Positions 10,160 to 19,505 of a stretch of 64,000 nucleotides of DNA are shown here, piece after piece. Below the pieces are notes generated by a model. It saw only the letters and a list, made by a program, of their open reading frames with translations, made no database searches and was not told the DNA's origin. The number at the start of each line of letters is the position of its first letter. Positions within the stretch are counted from its first letter, which is position 1. The stretch comes from Candidatus Zhuqueibacterota bacterium (GTDB lineage Bacteria; Zhuqueibacterota; Zhuqueibacteria; Thermofontimicrobiales; Thermofontimicrobiaceae), in the NCBI GenBank assembly GCA_049322915.1, contig JBMOPW010000007.1:116236-180235 (forward strand). Direction: 5' to 3'. A program made the position numbers and the translations under genes.

Positions 10160-10990
10160 ATGGAATCGATGAAATTGGCATTTTCGACATTGGGCTGCCC
10201 GGCGTGGGATCTGGATATGATCCTTCGCAACGCCGCGCACATGGGATTCGATGGCGTCGAGCTGCGCGGGCTGGGCCAGACGCTGGACATCACGAGCCTG
10301 CCCGAATTCACGCGGGACAGGGAAATGACGCGCCGGAAATTCGCGGACGCCGGGATTGACGTCGTCTGTCTTTCCAGTTCGGTGCGCATGTCCGAGCCTG
10401 ACGGAAAAAAGCGGGCGGAGCATCTGGATGAACTGAAGCGGTACGCCGAGCTGTGCGCGGTATTCGGGACGCCCAATATTCGCGTATTCGGCGGCGAGGT
10501 GGGGGAGCAACCATGGGAACAGGCCATCGACGAGGCGGCCGGGACGCTGGAAAAGATGATAGTCGCTATCAGCGATTTCCCGGCGCGGATCATTGTGGAG
10601 ACTCACGATGACTGGCAGAAAGGCGCGCATTTCCATCAATTGATGAAGCTGGTCAATTCCGACAAAGCAGGGATTTTATGGGATGTGAATCATCCGTTCA
10701 TGTTCATCGGCGAAGATCCCTTCGAAACCTGGGCGCAGGCTGGTCCATGGATTCATCACACGCACTGGAAAGACTCGAAAATCGTCGTCGACACGGTGAT
10801 GGGATTCGAGCCCTGTTTAATGGGCGAGGGCGATTTGCCTCATGATATGATTTACGAAGTGCTCCGGCGCGGCGGGTACGCCGGGTATCTCTCTCTCGAA
10901 TGGGAGAAACGCTGGCATCCTGATCTGCCCGACCCGGAAATCGCTTTTCCCCAGTTCATACAATACATGAAAAAACTAATGGCTGTGTAA
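10160..10990 (+). CDS. Sugar phosphate isomerase/epimerase (xylose-isomerase-like TIM barrel)
   Basis: MKLAFSTLGCPAW, GFDGVELR, VETHD, HTHWKD, YLSLEWE. Confidence 0.9.
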   Translation: MESMKLAFSTLGCPAWDLDMILRNAAHMGFDGVELRGLGQTLDITSLPEFTRDREMTRRKFADAGIDVVCLSSSVRMSEPDGKKRAEHLDELKRYAELCAVFGTPNIRVFGGEVGEQPWEQAIDEAAGTLEKMIVAISDFPARIIVETHDDWQKGAHFHQLMKLVNSDKAGILWDVNHPFMFIGEDPFETWAQAGPWIHHTHWKDSKIVVDTVMGFEPCLMGEGDLPHDMIYEVLRRGGYAGYLSLEWEKRWHPDLPDPEIAFPQFIQYMKKLMAV

Positions 10991-11037
10991 TTCGAGGGAA
11001 GGTATGAAACGCCAGTCAGTACATCTGATTTTCAGGA

Positions 11038-12132
11038 ATGACGATGAACTCTAAACAACGCGTGTCGGCTGCGTTGAATCGGCAGCCAGTCGATCGACCG
11101 CCGATTTTCATGTGGTTCCACCCGGACACGGCCGTGCGATTGGCCGCGGCGTTGGAAATTCCAGCGGCGTCTGTCTCGGAGGTCATGGGCGATGACGTGA
11201 AACAGGCCTGGGTGGCCAACAATTTCGCCATGGAAGGCATCGTGCATCAGCGCGATGGGGACGGTCATGTCGACGACTGGGGAATTCATTGGGTCAAAGA
11301 GGGTCCGTTCAACCAGATCAAGCATTATCCATTGCTGGACGCCAGTGACCATGAGTTGCAGCAGTATCAATTTCCCCATTCGAAAATCGAAACGCTGTTG
11401 TCGAACATGAATCCGCTGGTAGAACGGGCGGAAGAATTTTTCATCGGCTGCGACGTTTCGCCCTGTCTGTTCGAAATGATCTGTCGGCTGCGCGGAATGG
11501 AAAACGCCATCATGGACCTGGCTGCCAATCCCGCTCTCTCGCACATGCTGCTGGAGAAATGCTGCCAATTTGCCGTGGAAATCAGTCAGAAGGCCTGCTC
11601 CCGATTCCCGCTGGACTGGCTCTGGACCGGGGATGACGTTGGCGGACAGCGGGCAATGATCATGAGCCCCCAGTCCTGGCGTGAAATGATTCGGCCGTAT
11701 TTGCAGAAGATAGTCGATGTGGGAAAAAATCACGGGCTGCCGGTCGCCTATCATTCCTGCGGCGCAATTCGACCCATCATCCCGGAACTGATTGAAATGG
11801 GACTGGATGTGCTCAATCCCATTCAAAGCAATTGCCCGGGAATGGAACCGCTCGGGCTGAAAAAAGATTTCGGCCGGGATATCGCTTTCATGGGTGGTGT
11901 GGATACGGTGGAGTTGTTGCCGCACGCGACCGCTGCGGAAGTCAGTCGCGCCACCCATCGATTGATCGACGGGATGACTGCGGACGGCGGAGGATTCATC
12001 CTGGCGGCGTCTCACACGGTTCCCCCTGAGACTCCGCTGGAAAATATTTTCGCCATGTACGACGCGGCCGGAATGAGTCGGGAGGAAATCCTCGACCGCG
12101 CCGCGGCTGTTCGCGCCGGACGAAACGGTTGA
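11038..12132 (+). CDS. Uroporphyrinogen decarboxylase (URO-D/MtaA/CmuA) family protein
   Basis: SKQRVSAAL..DRPP, LRGMEN, GDDVG, MSPQSWREMIRP, YHSCG, LNPIQ, GGVD, GGFIL. Confidence 0.85.
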   Translation: MTMNSKQRVSAALNRQPVDRPPIFMWFHPDTAVRLAAALEIPAASVSEVMGDDVKQAWVANNFAMEGIVHQRDGDGHVDDWGIHWVKEGPFNQIKHYPLLDASDHELQQYQFPHSKIETLLSNMNPLVERAEEFFIGCDVSPCLFEMICRLRGMENAIMDLAANPALSHMLLEKCCQFAVEISQKACSRFPLDWLWTGDDVGGQRAMIMSPQSWREMIRPYLQKIVDVGKNHGLPVAYHSCGAIRPIIPELIEMGLDVLNPIQSNCPGMEPLGLKKDFGRDIAFMGGVDTVELLPHATAAEVSRATHRLIDGMTADGGGFILAASHTVPPETPLENIFAMYDAAGMSREEILDRAAAVRAGRNG

Positions 12133-12237
12133 ATAGCACCCATTGACAGGATGGGTGCGATTCGGAGTGAGTGAAGTGCATTCTTGATGAAATTTATATC
12201 TGACCTTTTTTGTCATAAGATTTCGAAGTTTTTTTTG

Positions 12238-12358
12238 AATAGAACATGGAAAATCCGTCAAACTTAAGGCGGATGTGCCGCACCGGTCATGCCGATGGCA
12301 GATGCGTCCTTCGGTGCAGTTACACAGAAAAAGAATCTGTGTAGCTCAGCGTTCTATT
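12238..12358. repeat. REP/MITE-like palindromic element (AATAGAAC...GTTCTATT family)
   Basis: Terminal inverted 8-mers AATAGAAC/GTTCTATT with internal hairpin ATCCGTC..GGCGGAT. Related element at about 16275-16404. Confidence 0.55.
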
Positions 12359-12412
12359 GTTTTTTTAATTCCGGCTTTTCCAGGTTTAGGAATAAATCAA
12401 GAGTGGATAACG

Positions 12413-13408
12413 ATGAAAAAATTCAGAGTAGGCGTTGACAGTTACAGTATTGGGCCGTTGAAATTGTCGCCATTCGAGGCGCTGGACTGGGCGCATCGCA
12501 ACAATGCCGACGGGCTTCATTTCACCGAAGTGAATCTCAAAGAAAACGAAGTATTGGACAAAGCCTATCTGACCGATCTGGCGCAATACGCCGATGGCAA
12601 AAATCTTTACCTGGAATGGGGCGGCTGTCAGCATATCCCGTTTGACACCATGACATGGCAGCCGGTGGATCTGGTGAAGATCAATCGCAAAGCCGCTGAA
12701 GAAGCCAATGTGCTGGGCGCAACAATCATCCGTTCCTGCTCCGGCGGATTGATGCGCTGGCGCGATAATTCGCCGGCCACGGAATCGCTGCTGCGGGAGA
12801 TGGCCCGAGCGCTGAAACCGCAGAAGCAGATGTTCAACGATCTCCACGTGGTGCTGGGCATCGAACTGCATTTCGAATTCACCACGTTCGAATTGCTGAA
12901 GCTGTTCGACATGTGCGATGCAGAACCCGGCGATTTTCTGGGCGTGTGTCTGGATACCATGAATTTGCTCACCATGCTGGAAGACCCGGTGATGGGCACG
13001 GAGCGAATTCTCCCCTGGGTCGTCGCCACCCATTGCAAAGATGGCGGCATTCTGTTGAATGAGCAGGGCTTTGTCTCGTTCACCGCCCAGGCCGGCACCG
13101 GCATTGTCGACTGGGACAAGGTGCTGCGCCGGTTGGCAACGCTGAAACGGGAAATAAATCTGTCCATTGAAGATCACGGCGGCAGTTTCGATATCCCTAT
13201 TTTCGATCCCACGTTCCTGTCCAGATTTCCGGACCTGACAACGCTGGAAATGAGCCGGCTGCTGCGCCTGGCTCAGGAGACCGCGGCGCGCGTGAACCGT
13301 GGTGAAATCGGCATATTGCCACGACCGGAATGGCCAAAGAATTGCGAGGGACGAATGCGAAAAGGCATTCAGAGTTTGAAACGGATTGTCGATGAATTGT
13401 CGGAGTGA
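12413..13408 (+). CDS. Sugar phosphate isomerase/epimerase family protein (TIM barrel)
   Basis: GVDSYS, LGIELH, GVCLDTMN, ATHCKDG, GTGIVDW, LSIEDH. Start moved to MKKFRVG. Confidence 0.85.
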   Translation: MKKFRVGVDSYSIGPLKLSPFEALDWAHRNNADGLHFTEVNLKENEVLDKAYLTDLAQYADGKNLYLEWGGCQHIPFDTMTWQPVDLVKINRKAAEEANVLGATIIRSCSGGLMRWRDNSPATESLLREMARALKPQKQMFNDLHVVLGIELHFEFTTFELLKLFDMCDAEPGDFLGVCLDTMNLLTMLEDPVMGTERILPWVVATHCKDGGILLNEQGFVSFTAQAGTGIVDWDKVLRRLATLKREINLSIEDHGGSFDIPIFDPTFLSRFPDLTTLEMSRLLRLAQETAARVNRGEIGILPRPEWPKNCEGRMRKGIQSLKRIVDELSE

Positions 13409-13525
13409 ACCGGGAAGCGATGCAGCGCCAACCCGAACAGCGTTGTGAAAATGGATAGCTGCCGGGCCCGGATGCGGTTTTATTTCCTATGAAAAAAATG
13501 AAACACACATCATAAACAGGAGCAC

Positions 13526-16171
13526 ATGATGTCAGCTCATGCGCGATTTAAATTTAAAGACAAATACGAGTTGTTGAAAAAGGCCGATGAATTGGGCATT
13601 GACCTCCCATTTTCCGATGATATTTCCATCCTGTTCGAGAAGGTGAAGGTCGGCGAAAAGACGCTGCCCAACCGCTTCGCTGTTCATCCCATGGAAGGAT
13701 TCGACGCCGATATCAACGGAACGCCGGGCGAGCTATCGTTCCGGCGATACCGGCGCTATGCTGCCGGCGGCAGTGGGTTGATCTGGTTTGAAGCGACCGC
13801 TGTGAATCCGGAGGGTCGGTCCAATCCCCATCAGTTGATGATCTCTGCGGAAAATGTCGGTGTGTACAAACGGCTGGTTGAGGAAACGCGGGAGACGGCT
13901 GCGAAGAATTTCCCGGCTTCCCACAATCCGATGCTCCTTTTGCAATTGACTCACTCCGGCCGGTATTCCAAACCGTACGGCAAACCCCGGCCCATCATTG
14001 CCCATCACAGCGTGATACTTGATCCGATCCACCAATTGCCGGAAAATTATCCCCTGATCTGCGACGATGAACTGGATGCATTGCAGGAGGTGTACGTTGC
14101 TGCGGCGCAACTGGCCGCGGACGCCGGTTTCGATGGCGTCGATATCAAAGCCTGCCATCGCTATCTGGTTTCCGAACTGCTGGCTTCTTTCACGCGGACG
14201 GAGAGCAAATACGGCGGTTCACTGGAAAACCGCGCCCGATTTTTAGTGGAGACAGCGGCGAAGATCAGGCAGCGCGTGAAGAACATCTTTGTCACCAGCC
14301 GGCTCAATGTGTACGACGCGATTCAATATCCGTACGGTTTCGGAATGGCCGCCGACGGGGCCATGCGCGAGGACCTGAGCGAACCGAAACAACTGCTGAG
14401 TCAATTGGCCGACGTGGGATATCCGCTCATCAATCTCAGCATCGGCAATCCCTATTTTCTACCCCACATCGGTCGGCCATTCGATTTCCCTGTGGCCGGA
14501 ATGAATCCGCCGGACGAGCATCCGTTGCGCGGCGTGGTGCGGCTGCTGCGCATCGTCGGAGAGATGCAGCAGAACATGCCGGAATTGCCGGTCATCGGCA
14601 CCGGCTACGCATGGCTGCGGCACTTTTTTCCGCACGTGGCGTCTGCCATTGTCCAGCAGGGAAAAGCGACGCTCATCGGACAGGGTCGAGGCGCTTTTGC
14701 CTATCCTGATTCGGTGAACGACCTGATGACGTCGGGCACAATGGATCCGCACAAGGTGTGCGTGGCCTGCTCCGGCTGCACCCAGATCATGCGCGACGGC
14801 GGACAAACCGGCTGCGTCATTCGCGATAAAGAAATTTACGGCGTCGAATACCGGCGCGCGAGGAGAAGGTCGCCGGACATGCTGAAAAAAGAGGCCCTGC
14901 GTTGCCGCGATTGCGATGCTGCGATGTGCCAGCTTGCCTGCCCGGCCGGTCTGGATGTGCCGGGATTCATCCGCGCCTATGCCGAAAACGATATTGAGAA
15001 AGCCTATTCCATTCTGGCGGAGCGGAATGTATTCCCGGAGATGTGCGCGCTCATCTGTCCTGTGGAGGTGCAATGCCAGGGCGCGTGCCTGGAGACGATT
15101 CTGTCCGGCATGCCAGTAGCTATTGCGGATATTCAGCGGGACATTGCCCGAAAGGCGCGGGAGATGGGACTGACGGCAGTGCGGATTCCCGGGCATTCCA
15201 CCGGCAAAAAAGTTGCGGTCGTGGGCGCTGGTCCGGCCGGCATCGCCTGCGCCGCCAAATTGCTGCAACTTGGCCACTCCGTGGAGATTCTGGAGAGAGC
15301 GGACAACGTGGGCGGCATTCCCGGAACAACCATCCCTTTTGCCAGAATCGACGTTGAAATCGTCTGCGCCGAAGCCGATAGCCTGTTCACTGAAGCGCAG
15401 AAGAAAGAGAGGCTGACGATTCGCACCAAATTTCCATTGAACAAAACGAACAGCCTGGATGCGTTGCAGCACAACTATGACGCCATCTTTTTGGGCTTTG
15501 GGCTGTCTGCCTCCATGAGTCTGCCGGGTGCTACATCAGTCCCGGGCGGCGTGGAAGACGCCCTGTCCTTTTTGAAGCGAATGAAGACGAGACGCGATGT
15601 TGCCGTGGGGGGCAAGGTCGCCGTGCTGGGCGGCGGCAACACTGCGATCGATGCGGCTGTCGTCGCGAAACAGAATGGCGCGCAGGATGTGTACATTATC
15701 TACCGGCGGTCGTTCAACGAAATGCCAGCCTGGCCCAAAGAACGGGATGAGGCGCTGGAACAGGGCATTCATTTCATGATTTTGTCCCAACCGCTGGATT
15801 ATATCGCGGAAAATGGCCGGCTCGTCGGTCTGAAAATTGTTCGCACCGAGTTGGGCGAGGCGGATGGCAGTGGGCGACGCCGGCCGGTGAACATCCCCGG
15901 CAGCGAATTCATTCTTCGCATCGATCATGCGATTGAAGCCATTGGCCAGCGCATCGATGACGAGACGCGGCAGGCGCTGGGAGGCATTGCGCTCAATGAC
16001 AATGGCTGGCTCCGCGTGGATGTGCAGTTCCGAACCTCGATGAATCGCGTGTATGCCGGCGGCGATATCATCAATGGCGGCGCCACAGCGGTTCAGGCCG
16101 TCACCGATGGCATGCAGGCGGCTGTGGTCATGGATCAGGCGCTGAAAGAGCCGACCGGACCAGCGAAATAA
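13526..16171 (+). CDS. NADH:flavin oxidoreductase (old yellow enzyme) fused to a PreT/GltD-like Fe-S flavoprotein
   Basis: N-half: NRFAVHPME, QLTHSGR, GFDGVDIKACHRYL, YGGSLENR, CVACSGC..C. C-half: CRDC..C...CP, CALICP...CQGAC, VVGAGPAG, LGGGNTAID, YRRS, GGDI. Confidence 0.9.
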   Translation: MMSAHARFKFKDKYELLKKADELGIDLPFSDDISILFEKVKVGEKTLPNRFAVHPMEGFDADINGTPGELSFRRYRRYAAGGSGLIWFEATAVNPEGRSNPHQLMISAENVGVYKRLVEETRETAAKNFPASHNPMLLLQLTHSGRYSKPYGKPRPIIAHHSVILDPIHQLPENYPLICDDELDALQEVYVAAAQLAADAGFDGVDIKACHRYLVSELLASFTRTESKYGGSLENRARFLVETAAKIRQRVKNIFVTSRLNVYDAIQYPYGFGMAADGAMREDLSEPKQLLSQLADVGYPLINLSIGNPYFLPHIGRPFDFPVAGMNPPDEHPLRGVVRLLRIVGEMQQNMPELPVIGTGYAWLRHFFPHVASAIVQQGKATLIGQGRGAFAYPDSVNDLMTSGTMDPHKVCVACSGCTQIMRDGGQTGCVIRDKEIYGVEYRRARRRSPDMLKKEALRCRDCDAAMCQLACPAGLDVPGFIRAYAENDIEKAYSILAERNVFPEMCALICPVEVQCQGACLETILSGMPVAIADIQRDIARKAREMGLTAVRIPGHSTGKKVAVVGAGPAGIACAAKLLQLGHSVEILERADNVGGIPGTTIPFARIDVEIVCAEADSLFTEAQKKERLTIRTKFPLNKTNSLDALQHNYDAIFLGFGLSASMSLPGATSVPGGVEDALSFLKRMKTRRDVAVGGKVAVLGGGNTAIDAAVVAKQNGAQDVYIIYRRSFNEMPAWPKERDEALEQGIHFMILSQPLDYIAENGRLVGLKIVRTELGEADGSGRRRPVNIPGSEFILRIDHAIEAIGQRIDDETRQALGGIALNDNGWLRVDVQFRTSMNRVYAGGDIINGGATAVQAVTDGMQAAVVMDQALKEPTGPAK

Positions 16172-16177
16172 TATGGA

Positions 16178-16411
16178 TGACGCTGATCGCCGCGGTGAAA
16201 AAAAATAACGATTTTTTAATCTGTGAATATCCGCGTCATCCGTGTCATCCGCGTGCTATTATTTTTCAATGCAAATAGAACCCGGATTATCCTCCAAAAA
16301 GATGGCGGACATTCCGCGCTGCTGACGCTGATCGTTGCGGTGAAAGTAAAAGCGATTTTTTAATCTGTGAACATCCGCGTTATCCGCGTCATCCGCGTGC
16401 TATCATTTTTC
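16178..16411 (+). repeat. Two ~90-bp direct repeats with ATCCGCGTC-type short repeats
   Basis: TGACGCTGATCG...TTTTTTAATCTGTGAA...ATCCGCGTGCTA at 16178-16267 and 16323-16411. Confidence 0.85.
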
Positions 16412-16457
16412 CGCTGATGACCGACGTGAATTACTAACATTTTTCAAGAGAACTACG

Positions 16458-18467
16458 ATGACACAATCAGAGATCAAATTAACGAACGTGACCCTGCCGG
16501 TGGTTTCGCTGAATACGCTGGTGATAGGCAGCGGCGCAGCGGCATTGAACGCGGCCGTGAATCTCTACAACAACGGACAGAAGGATATTGCCATTGTCAC
16601 GGATTTGTGGGGCGGCGGAACATCCAACAACACCGGCTCGGACAAGCAGACCTATTACAAAGTGTCGCTGTCCGGGGATATGCCGGATTCTGCGCTGGAA
16701 ATGGCCAGAGACCTGTTCAAAGGCGGCTGTATGCACGGCGATATCGCCCTGTGCGAGGCGCAAAATTCGGCACAGGCCTTCTTTCATCTCGTCAGTCTGG
16801 GCGTGCCGTTTCCTCACGACCGATACGGCGCGTTCGTCGGCTACAAAACCGACCACGATCCGCGCGCGCGGGCCACTTCGGCCGGGCCGCTGACGTCCAA
16901 TCTCATGTTCAAAGCGCTGGCGCAGGATGTTGAAAATAAAAAAATCAAAGTCTTCGATAAACACGAAATCATCAGCCTTTTGACCACTTCGGACGGCGCA
17001 GGGAAGAAGGTGGTTGGCGCCATTGCCCTGGACCGGAATCACCTGGAATCGGAGCGTTTGGGTTTCGTGCTGTTCAATGCCGTGAATGTCGTGCTGGGCA
17101 GCGGTGGACCAGCCGGCATGTACAAAACTTCGGTTTACCCTGAGAGTCAGTTGGGTTCCAGCGGACTGGCATTCGAAATCGGCGCCATCGGCAACAATCT
17201 CACGGAATCTCAATACGGACTGGCATCGATCAAATTCCGCTGGAATTTGTCCGGCACGTATCAGCAGGTGATCCCCCGCTACGTCTCGGCCGACGCGGAT
17301 GGCCGGGATGAGTGCGAATTTCTCAATGACTATTTCCCGGATATGGGTAGGTTGGCGACGGCCATTTTTCTGAAAGGCTACCAGTGGCCATTTGATCCCC
17401 GCAAAGTGCACAATTACGGGTCCTCGTTGATCGATATTCTCGTGTTTCAGGAAACAGTGAAAAAGGGACGCCGGGTATTCCTCGATTTTCAGAACAATCC
17501 TTCCGGCGGCGGTACGCTGGACGATTTTTCGTTCGATGCGCTCGCCCCGGAGGCGTTTTCGTACCTCGAAAAATCCGGCGCACTCTTCGGCAGGCCGATT
17601 GATCGGCTGCAGAAAATGAATCAGCCGGCCATTGATCTGTACCGGAATCACCAGATTGACATCACCCGCGAGTTCCTGGAAATCGCTGTGTGCGCTCAGC
17701 ACAACAACGGCGGGCTCAAAGGAAACCACTGGTGGGAGTCCAATATCAGGCATCTGTTCCCTGTCGGTGAAGTGAACGGCAGTCACGGGGTGTATCGCCC
17801 GGGCGGTTCCGCGCTGAATGCCGGACAGACCGGCAGCATGCGCGCCGCGCTGTTCATCGCCAGACGATATGGGGAGGAGCCGCCGGCAGTCCCGGAATTT
17901 TTGGCGGCGACCGAAGGGCAGATCAGGAAGAAGCTGGATGATGCGAAAAAAATGATCGCTCCGCAGGCAGCGGACTTATTGTACCTGGCTGCATCGCGGG
18001 ATGAACTGCAGCGGCGCATGTCCGCGGCCGGGGCGCACATTCGCCATCCGGAAGAGGTGAAAAAGGCGGTGCGCGAGGCATGGCAACAGTGCAGGCGCAT
18101 GAAGACCGGGATGAAAATCGCGTCGGCCCGGGACCTGCCCGCGGCGTTGCGCAATCTGGACCTGTGCCTGACCCACGCCCTGTATCTCGATGCCATTCAG
18201 GAGTATCTCGAAAAAGGCGGGAAAAGCCGGGGATCGTATCTGGTGATGGATCCGAATGGTGAAAAACCGGCGGCGGAATTGGGGGATGACTGGAAGTTCA
18301 GCCTGACCGACGCCGGGGCCTTTGTGAGTTCCAAAATCCTGGAAATCTGGCTGGATGAAGCGCAGCAGGTGCAAAAGGATTGGGTGGATATTCGTCCCAT
18401 TCCGCAGGAGGATTCCTGGTTCGAAAATGTGTGGAATGAATACCGGAAAGATAATATAATCAGATAG
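16458..18467 (+). CDS. FAD-binding protein of the SdhA/FrdA/NadB flavoprotein superfamily
   Basis: VIGSGAAA dinucleotide motif, VVLGSGG, QHNNGG, LFPVGE, HGVYRPGG. No covalent-FAD His motif and no SdhB/C neighbours. Confidence 0.8.
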   Translation: MTQSEIKLTNVTLPVVSLNTLVIGSGAAALNAAVNLYNNGQKDIAIVTDLWGGGTSNNTGSDKQTYYKVSLSGDMPDSALEMARDLFKGGCMHGDIALCEAQNSAQAFFHLVSLGVPFPHDRYGAFVGYKTDHDPRARATSAGPLTSNLMFKALAQDVENKKIKVFDKHEIISLLTTSDGAGKKVVGAIALDRNHLESERLGFVLFNAVNVVLGSGGPAGMYKTSVYPESQLGSSGLAFEIGAIGNNLTESQYGLASIKFRWNLSGTYQQVIPRYVSADADGRDECEFLNDYFPDMGRLATAIFLKGYQWPFDPRKVHNYGSSLIDILVFQETVKKGRRVFLDFQNNPSGGGTLDDFSFDALAPEAFSYLEKSGALFGRPIDRLQKMNQPAIDLYRNHQIDITREFLEIAVCAQHNNGGLKGNHWWESNIRHLFPVGEVNGSHGVYRPGGSALNAGQTGSMRAALFIARRYGEEPPAVPEFLAATEGQIRKKLDDAKKMIAPQAADLLYLAASRDELQRRMSAAGAHIRHPEEVKKAVREAWQQCRRMKTGMKIASARDLPAALRNLDLCLTHALYLDAIQEYLEKGGKSRGSYLVMDPNGEKPAAELGDDWKFSLTDAGAFVSSKILEIWLDEAQQVQKDWVDIRPIPQEDSWFENVWNEYRKDNIIR

Positions 18468-18476
18468 GAGACGACA

Positions 18477-19268
18477 GTGAATTTGAGACGCGTCGCAATT
18501 GTCACCGGCGCCGGCCAGGGCATTGGCCGCGGCATCGCGCTGGAGTTGGCGAAAAATGGCTTCGACATCGCCGGAGTGGATATCGTGTATCAGCCTGAAA
18601 ATAAAGAGAAAGGGTTGTTCGAGGTGAAAGCGGAGGCCGAAAAAGCCGGCGCGGCGTTTTTGCCGATACAGGCGGATATTTCGCGTCTGGACGACCACCA
18701 GAAAATTGTCGATCAGAGCCTGGGGACATTTCACCGGATCGATTTGCTAGTGAACAACGCCGGAGTGGCGCCCAAACAGCGCCTGGACATTCTCGAGACC
18801 ACGCCGGAGAGTTTTGATCGATTGCTCACCATCAACACGCGCGGCCCGTTCTTTATGACTCAGTTAGTGGCGCGAAACATGGTGGCGCATCTGGCGGATT
18901 ATGGGGAGCAGAAGCCGCAGATCATTTTCATCTCGTCAATCTCGGCCTATGTTTCATCCACGGCGCGGGCCGAGTATTGCATCTCCAAATCGGCCATCAG
19001 CATGGGCGCGACGGTGTTCGCCCACCGATTAGCGGAATACGGCATCAATGTGTTCGAACTGCGGCCGGGCATCATTCAAACGGACATGACGGCTGTGGTC
19101 AAAGAAAAATATGACGCGCTCATTGAACAAGGGCTCATTCCTCAAAAACGGTGGGGTTTCCCGGAGGATATTGGCCGTGCTGTGGTCGGACTGGCAAAAG
19201 GGTATTTCAATTATTCCACCGGACTTGTCGCTGAGGTGAGCGGCGGCATGAATATCGTGAGACTTTGA
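18477..19268 (+). CDS. Short-chain dehydrogenase/reductase (3-ketoacyl-ACP-reductase-like, probably sugar-acting)
   Basis: TGAGQGIG, LVNNAG, YCISK, RPGIIQTDM. GGAG RBS with GTG start. Confidence 0.9.
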   Translation: MNLRRVAIVTGAGQGIGRGIALELAKNGFDIAGVDIVYQPENKEKGLFEVKAEAEKAGAAFLPIQADISRLDDHQKIVDQSLGTFHRIDLLVNNAGVAPKQRLDILETTPESFDRLLTINTRGPFFMTQLVARNMVAHLADYGEQKPQIIFISSISAYVSSTARAEYCISKSAISMGATVFAHRLAEYGINVFELRPGIIQTDMTAVVKEKYDALIEQGLIPQKRWGFPEDIGRAVVGLAKGYFNYSTGLVAEVSGGMNIVRL

Positions 19269-19330
19269 AAGGTGCAAACCTTTTAAATTCATCTCCGTAT
19301 TTTTTACTGTCATTCTGGTCAGGCGCCTTC

Positions 19331-19463
19331 TGATCGCGCTTGATATTTTTCCAGCGCAGGTAATGGCTGTGACGAATGTCCCCGTATATGCGCACCGTTC
19401 GGGATATTGATCCCGAACGATCGTTGGCAGTCTTTGTGTATTACAAATGACTAAACAGTTACA
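19331..19463 (+). repeat. Dispersed ~134-nt multi-hairpin element, copy A (candidate structured RNA)
   Basis: About 80% identical (107/134, manual) to 47855-47988; four hairpins, including CGTTCGGGAT-ATTG-ATCCCGAACG. Confidence 0.7.
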
Positions 19464-19505
19464 TGTGCGCATTTCCGAATTGATAAATTTATTAAGGAGG
19501 ATATA

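Noticed and set aside
11032..12261. Long antisense ORFs (also 6442-7332, 14459-15472, 16479-17786, 24997-25905, 33623-34525, 36027-36944, 40897-42084)
   Set aside because: Shadow frames of well-supported genes on the opposite strand, with no motifs.
16178..16411. Possible CRISPR array
   Set aside because: Only two ~90-bp units with internal microrepeats, no repeat-spacer periodicity and no cas genes.
16458..18467. sdhA/frdA/nadB assignment
   Set aside because: No covalent-FAD His motif, a divergent sequence and no partner subunits.
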